From Thermacetogenium sp. UBA5472 (GTDB lineage Bacteria > Bacillota > DSM-12270 > Thermacetogeniales > Thermacetogeniaceae): DNA of 64,000 nt. Below are positions 59,061-64,000 of this stretch, one piece after another (positions within the stretch are counted from its first letter, which is position 1; each line of letters opens with the position of its first letter). The position numbers and the translations under genes were made by a program. Location: positions 28,728-92,727 of the forward strand of contig DIQC01000089.1 in assembly GCA_002426495.1 (NCBI GenBank), in the 5' to 3' direction. The notes beneath the pieces were generated by a model, which worked only from the letters and a program-made list of their open reading frames with translations, had not been told where the DNA came from and searched no databases.

Positions 59061-60347
59061 ATGGCTATCAAACGGGATGATTTAACGATTCAGCATCCTG
59101 AGCATCTGCACGAGCAAAGTGACGGCAGCACACGTAAGCAGTGTGCCTTAGAAAGAGCCGCAGAACTGAGAGAGAAGATCAAAGAATATCTTGCAGAAAA
59201 AGATCAAATCCAGACAGGATTTGATCTTGTGAATGAATATGCGGCAGCTCGTTCTAAAATATTGGATGTTTTGGGAGCAAGTGATGAAGATTGGAGCAAC
59301 TGGAAGTGGCAATTGCGCAATAGGATTGATAATGAAGAGATGCTTTCACATTTTGTTGAGTTAACAGATAAAGAAAGAGAAGAAATAAGTGAAGTCAGCC
59401 AGAGCCTGCGCTGGGCTCTGTCACCCTACTATATGGCTTTAGTGATGTGCGATAAACCTCATGGTAGTGTCTGGATGCAATCTATCCCCAGCAAACTGGA
59501 GGTCACTGATACCCATGGCAGTGAAGACCCGATGGCTGAATCATGGACTTCTCCGGCTCCGGGTGTAACAAGGCGCTATCCGGATCGCATGATCATCAAT
59601 GTCACCAACAGATGCGCCATGTTCTGCCGTCACTGCCAGCGCAGACGGAATATCGGTGCCAAAGATGCAGACAAAAGTCGTGCAGTGCTGGAGGCAGCAG
59701 TGCAGTATGTAAGGGATAATGAAGAAATTCGTGATGTCTTGATTACAGGTGGAGATGCTTTACTCTTAAGCGACAAAACCTTGGATTGGCTTCTAGGAGA
59801 ACTGGACAGTATTCCACATGTAGAGATCAAACGCATCGGCACCCGTACTCCGGTGACGCTTCCCCAGAGGATTACGCCGGAACTGTGTGCTATTTTGGAA
59901 AAGCATCCACCAATCTACATCAACACCCAGTTCAACAGCCCGCTGGAGATAACTCCCGAGGCAAAAGAGGCCTGCGACAGGCTAGTCAAGGCTGGAGTCG
60001 TATTGGGAAACCAAGCAGTGCTGCTGCGCGGAATAAACAACCATCCCAATGTGATGAAGAAGTTGAATCAAGGGCTATTGAGATTGCGTGTCAGGCCATA
60101 CTATATCTTTCAGGCCAAGAATGTAAAGGGCACAACTCATTTAATCGCTTCTATAGACGATGGTTTAGAGATTATGGAATACCTGAGGGGTTACACATCC
60201 GGCTTGGCAGTACCGACTTACATTATTAATGCACCATATGGCAACGGCAAAACACCTATTGCACCCAACTACCTGTTGGATAAAAAGGATAATCATATTT
60301 TGATAAGAACCTGGGAAAACAAGGTTATCCCTTACGAAACACCGTAG
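59061..60347 (+). CDS. eam: Glutamate 2,3-aminomutase (radical SAM, PLP; KamA family)
   Basis: CAMFCRHCQRRRNIG, N-terminal ALERAAELR..I..YL extension, RRYPDRMIINVTN, NTQFN and YYIFQAK resemble the clostridial Eam subfamily more than lysine 2,3-aminomutase. Confidence 0.85.
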   Translation: MAIKRDDLTIQHPEHLHEQSDGSTRKQCALERAAELREKIKEYLAEKDQIQTGFDLVNEYAAARSKILDVLGASDEDWSNWKWQLRNRIDNEEMLSHFVELTDKEREEISEVSQSLRWALSPYYMALVMCDKPHGSVWMQSIPSKLEVTDTHGSEDPMAESWTSPAPGVTRRYPDRMIINVTNRCAMFCRHCQRRRNIGAKDADKSRAVLEAAVQYVRDNEEIRDVLITGGDALLLSDKTLDWLLGELDSIPHVEIKRIGTRTPVTLPQRITPELCAILEKHPPIYINTQFNSPLEITPEAKEACDRLVKAGVVLGNQAVLLRGINNHPNVMKKLNQGLLRLRVRPYYIFQAKNVKGTTHLIASIDDGLEIMEYLRGYTSGLAVPTYIINAPYGNGKTPIAPNYLLDKKDNHILIRTWENKVIPYETP

Positions 60348-60500
60348 TGGTGGTTGGTCGTTAGTCGTTGGCCTTTAGTAAATCCGTAGAGTAGACGCAA
60401 GGACATGTCCCTTGCGTCTTTTCGCGTCCCACCAATGCCCACCCTAAGACGCGAGGACGGTTCTCGCGTCTCACTGGCACCTGTTGTTAGTTGTTATAAC
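60345..60500. repeat. Composite repeat: heptamers, REP-like hairpin doublet, heptamers
   Basis: TAGTGG TGGT TGGTCGT TAGTCGT TGG from the eam stop; hairpins AGACGCAAGG/CCTTGCGTCT (60393-60419) and AGACGCGAG-GACGGTT-CTCGCGTCT (60447-60471); TGTTGTTAGTTGT at the gatD stop. Confidence 0.75.
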
Positions 60501-61263
60501 CACCAACCAGTCGGTTTTTTATAACATTATGTGCGTAAATCTCTAGTTCATCATTGAGTGGTGTCAGCTTACCCCCACCCTGGCGGAGTATTGCTCTTGA
60601 TAACAAAATGTCTGCTAAATGTGGGTTTTTAGCAAGTAGAGGGCCATGTAAGTAAGAGCCAAAAGCATTTTTATAACGGGCACCCTCGCTCAGATCATCT
60701 CTATTATTCCCCTGCCCCTTTAAAACCCGCCCTAATGGCCTTGCTTCCTTTCCCAGAAAGGTACGCCCGGCATGGTTTTCGAAACCGACAAGTGTGGCCA
60801 GAGGTGTCTCCCGGACGACACTTGTTTTCTTCATTTCCTCCTGAAGATCAACAGCTGTCTCCAACAAGATATCCCCCACCAGTCTATCCATCCCTGTCTC
60901 TATGTAAAGATCAAAAACCCCTGCTCCGGGAAGAACGGCACCATCCTGCGTCTTGATAAAGCGCCCAAGCACCTGGAACCCCAGACCGATTGCCAAAAGT
61001 ACGGTTCCCTGTTCCACAGCCTCAACAATGAAACGCCCTTTTTCTTGAAGTTCCTTACTCATCAAAGAAAGATTGCTCTCTGCTCCCCCACCCAAAAAAA
61101 CAAAATCATACCCAGTCAAACAGATCGTTTCGCCAAAAGATACCATGTCGACTTCTACCTGAATGCCTCGCCATTGGGCTCGCCGGCAGAAGATCAGCAG
61201 ATTCCCCTGGTCACCATAGAGGTTGAATAGATCAGGATAGAGATGGCAAACTTTGATCCGCAT
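60487..61263 (-). CDS. gatD: CobQ-like glutamine amidotransferase GatD
   Basis: HLYPDLFNLYGDQGN, GFENHAGRT, SYLHGPLLAKNP; downstream of murT. The usual nucleophile position reads AIGLGFQ, with no Cys. Confidence 0.88.
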   Translation of the reverse strand: MRIKVCHLYPDLFNLYGDQGNLLIFCRRAQWRGIQVEVDMVSFGETICLTGYDFVFLGGGAESNLSLMSKELQEKGRFIVEAVEQGTVLLAIGLGFQVLGRFIKTQDGAVLPGAGVFDLYIETGMDRLVGDILLETAVDLQEEMKKTSVVRETPLATLVGFENHAGRTFLGKEARPLGRVLKGQGNNRDDLSEGARYKNAFGSYLHGPLLAKNPHLADILLSRAILRQGGGKLTPLNDELEIYAHNVIKNRLVGGYNN

Positions 61264-61264
61264 C

Positions 61265-62674
61265 TTATTCTACCGCCTTTCCCATTTTACGCAGGAGTTT
61301 TGAGTAGTTAAAAACAGATGTATATGAGGCCAGAATATGATATTCCCCTGCATCCTGCTCGCCAAGTCCTTCTATACTTGGCTTACACTCTGGTTCTATA
61401 ATAATTTTATTTGGAGGAACACCTGCATACTTCAGGCGAACTCCCACATCCCCAGCCCGCCGCCCTGAGCAAACAATCATTTTAATCGAGGGATTATCCA
61501 GCATTTCGAAACCAGCATCCCACAGCCAGGAAACATCCCTTCCATCACCTGCCAGATCATTGATGGCAATTACCAGAGCTTTCTCCCCTTTGCCTCGCAG
61601 CAGTGTTTTTAAAACCTCATTTAAACCAGTAGGATTTTTAATGAGATTAAGTGTACAGGGACGACCCTTGTAAATAAACTTTTCCATCCTCCCTGCAGCA
61701 GGAGCATACTCCATCAGAGATGATGCAATTGTCTGCTGAGACACACCCAGAGTAGTGGCTGCTGCAGCGGCGGCTAAAATATTATAGACATTATAAAAAC
61801 CCCGCATCTGTGCTCTGAGCCGTACAGTATCGGCAGTTGAACAATTTTCATTACGGCCTTTCCTCTGGCAGACATGCAATATAAACTCAAGATAATCATC
61901 ATCTTGGATCTCAGAGGCCAAAAAGTCGGGCACAGGCCTGCGGAAAGTACAATTGGGACAGTAATAAGCACCGAGTTGTCCGTAGTTATAATAATTATAA
62001 GCCAGGAAAGCCCCACAGTCCGGACAGAGACTTCCTTCCCTGATCTCACAATCCCCTGTTTGGTCTTTTTGCTCACTAGCGACTCCATAATAGCTGGCCA
62101 CAGAATGGTCACAGCCTGCAGTCACCACCAGGGGATCATCCGCATTGAGCAGCAGCAACGTTTGGGGAAGTTCGTCCAAGATACGGCGCAGCAGGTTAAT
62201 GTTGTGATCGAGATCTGAGTAGCGGTCCAGCTGGTCACGAAAATAATTGGTGACAACCAAAAGATCAGGTTTCACGGATGGAAATACTTTCCCAACACTC
62301 CCCTCATCCACCTCTAGAACTGCGATTTGGCTGCGTCTCTCCCCCAACATCGTCCAGTCTTTAATCAGTGCAGTAACAACCCCGGAAATCATGTTTGCCC
62401 CCTCATGGTTGTTGACTGTAGATGATCCTGAGGAACGCAGCAAGTGGGCTAGCAGATTGGCTGTAGTGGTTTTGCCATTGGTGCCGGTTACGGCAACAAT
62501 CCGCTCATAGTCAGCTGCCAGTACAGATAAAAGCTGTGGGTATACCTTTAAGGCAACTACCCCAGGCAGAGATGTGCCCGAATGACGGAAAAGGCGGCAT
62601 AAAAGCGCAGCTGACTTCCCTGTCAGCAGCGCAATCCAAAAACGTACGGTTGTTTGCCCCTGACTTCTTAACAT
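61265..62674 (-). CDS. murT: Mur ligase-family MurT (lipid II isoglutaminyl synthase subunit)
   Basis: VTGTNGKTTT, GANMISG, EVDE, NYFRDQLDRY, Cys4 insertion CPDC...CPNC, LIKNPTG, DGRDVSWLWD; start placed at ATG 62674 after GGAGG. Confidence 0.92.
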   Translation of the reverse strand: MLRSQGQTTVRFWIALLTGKSAALLCRLFRHSGTSLPGVVALKVYPQLLSVLAADYERIVAVTGTNGKTTTANLLAHLLRSSGSSTVNNHEGANMISGVVTALIKDWTMLGERRSQIAVLEVDEGSVGKVFPSVKPDLLVVTNYFRDQLDRYSDLDHNINLLRRILDELPQTLLLLNADDPLVVTAGCDHSVASYYGVASEQKDQTGDCEIREGSLCPDCGAFLAYNYYNYGQLGAYYCPNCTFRRPVPDFLASEIQDDDYLEFILHVCQRKGRNENCSTADTVRLRAQMRGFYNVYNILAAAAAATTLGVSQQTIASSLMEYAPAAGRMEKFIYKGRPCTLNLIKNPTGLNEVLKTLLRGKGEKALVIAINDLAGDGRDVSWLWDAGFEMLDNPSIKMIVCSGRRAGDVGVRLKYAGVPPNKIIIEPECKPSIEGLGEQDAGEYHILASYTSVFNYSKLLRKMGKAVE

Positions 62675-63173
62675 AACTTCTGTCCCTCCATCTATTACTG
62701 GGCTATTACTGCAAAAAAACAAGAACTAGCGTCCTCAGACTAACAAAATCATTATAGCAGCTTTCCCAATAAAAAGGGCAATCCCTACCTATCCCCAGTC
62801 ACACCCTGCCTCATACAGAGCTCCAGACAGCTGGGGAGAGACGCAAGAAAGTCCCTGTTTTTCAACAATGATGCAACATAAGTATCATACGCCACATGAC
62901 CAACAGGTTCAAGAAAAACGACACCTGGGCCGAACTCAGGATCTTTTTCCACCATTATATGGATTCTTTAATATATGTTGTCAATAAAGAAGAATGATAG
63001 AGTAGGAAGATATCTGAAGATAAAATGTTAGTATTCGAGATAATTTTGGCGGGCAACTGGTTCCTACGGCTCCATAACGATATGTTATTGGACATATGAC
63101 TTCTTCTTATTATATGCTTTAAGTTATATACACACTGCCCTTTGATCGAATAAGAGAAAGGTAGGAGATAAAA

Positions 63174-63938
63174 ATATACTTCACAGGAATTGATATTGGT
63201 TCAAGCACTGCAAAAGCAGTTGTTTTAGATGAAAACAATAGTATAGTACACAAACTTATTCTGCCTACCGGATGGAGCAGCGTGGATACTGCCAATAGTA
63301 TCAAGGAAAAACTTACCCAGGCAGGCCCTGGTTATACCGACAGCAAATACGTTGCCACCGGCTATGGCCGAGTTTCTGTTCCCTATGCAGACAAAATGAT
63401 CAGTGAAATAACATGTCATGGCAAAGGCGCAGCCTATTTATTTGAGGCAAAGGATTGCACTGTGATCGATATTGGCGGGCAGGACACAAAAATAATTACC
63501 ATGGCAAATGGGCAAGTTGTTGATTTTATTATGAATGATAAATGCTCTGCCGGAACCGGCCGGTTCTTGGAAATCATGGCAAATACCCTAGGTGTCAGTT
63601 TACCAGAGATGTTCGATTTGGCCAGTACAGGCTCAGGCATTAGTATCAGTTCTATGTGTACGGTTTTTGCTGAATCTGAAGTCATCAGTTTAATAGGAAG
63701 TGGCCAACCCAAACAAAATATCGCTTATGGAGTAGTCGAATCCATCATCAATAAAGTAGTTTCTCTTTGTGGCAGGCACGCCACATCCGATACAAACTTC
63801 TATTTGACAGGAGGGTTGTGTGAGAGCGATTACATTATTGAATCTTTGTCAAAAAAGCTGGGGTCAACAGTTTTCTCCAGCCCCTTAGGCCGTTATGCAG
63901 GTGCAGTGGGAGCTGCTCTGCTAGCAAAATCATTATAG
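63174..63938 (+). CDS. 2-hydroxyacyl-CoA dehydratase activase (HgdC/YjiL family), apparent ATA start
   Basis: Frame extends 5' of the GTG at 63282 to ATA-TAC-TTC-ACA-GGA-ATT-GAT-ATT-GGT-TCA (xYFTGIDIGSS); ATGYGR, EITCH, DIGGQDTK, MNDKCSAGTGRFLE, SMCTVFAESE. Confidence 0.9.
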   Translation: MYFTGIDIGSSTAKAVVLDENNSIVHKLILPTGWSSVDTANSIKEKLTQAGPGYTDSKYVATGYGRVSVPYADKMISEITCHGKGAAYLFEAKDCTVIDIGGQDTKIITMANGQVVDFIMNDKCSAGTGRFLEIMANTLGVSLPEMFDLASTGSGISISSMCTVFAESEVISLIGSGQPKQNIAYGVVESIINKVVSLCGRHATSDTNFYLTGGLCESDYIIESLSKKLGSTVFSSPLGRYAGAVGAALLAKSL

Positions 63939-63953
63939 AAACAGGAGAATAAG

Positions 63954-64000
63954 ATGATAGATTTACAATTACCAGAGAAATTCGAGGAATTTGCTGATGC
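63954..64000 (+). CDS. Probable 2-hydroxyacyl-CoA dehydratase subunit (YjiM/HgdB-like), 5' end only
   Basis: AGGAG SD then MIDLQLPEKFEEFAD...; follows the activase; only 15 codons visible. Confidence 0.55.
   Translation, partial: MIDLQLPEKFEEFAD

Overview
Mostly core-genome segment of an anaerobic, probably spore-forming Clostridia-like firmicute; a Syntrophaceticus/Thermacetogenium-type lineage is an unverified guess from gene content. Most genes lie on the minus strand. Left to right: eno-gpmI-tpiA-pgk-gap, rpoN, whiA-yvcK-rapZ, ROK glucokinase, pgi, Cof and DedA genes, uvrBAC, a DUF421/DUF4363 pair, MinJ-like PDZ protein and S41 protease, ftsEX with an M23 peptidase, split transketolase, prfB (programmed frameshift), secA, hpf and csp. 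An accessory-looking stretch follows (Na/Pi cotransporter, MEDS hybrid kinase, DUF134/NifX, nitrilase-family enzyme), then tRNA-Thr(CGT), a complete mnhA-G operon, a KdpD-like USP protein, a polar amino-acid ABC transporter, a c-di-AMP riboswitch ahead of glutamate 2,3-aminomutase, gatD-murT and the start of a 2-hydroxyacyl-CoA dehydratase locus. No CRISPR array, transposase, integrase or rRNA was seen. Best leads: (1) an HD-hydrolase plus divergent GGDE palm/cyclase fusion inserted between secA and prfB; (2) a Moco/tungsten-cofactor riboswitch with promoter and terminator but no downstream gene; (3) c-di-AMP control of beta-glutamate synthesis inside an osmotic/ion-homeostasis cluster; (4) a DnaA-box cluster with no dnaA in the window; (5) dispersed conserved-loop hairpins and heptamer tandem repeats at gene ends; (6) an activase gene that can only start at ATA. 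All family calls are by motif recognition, without database searches.
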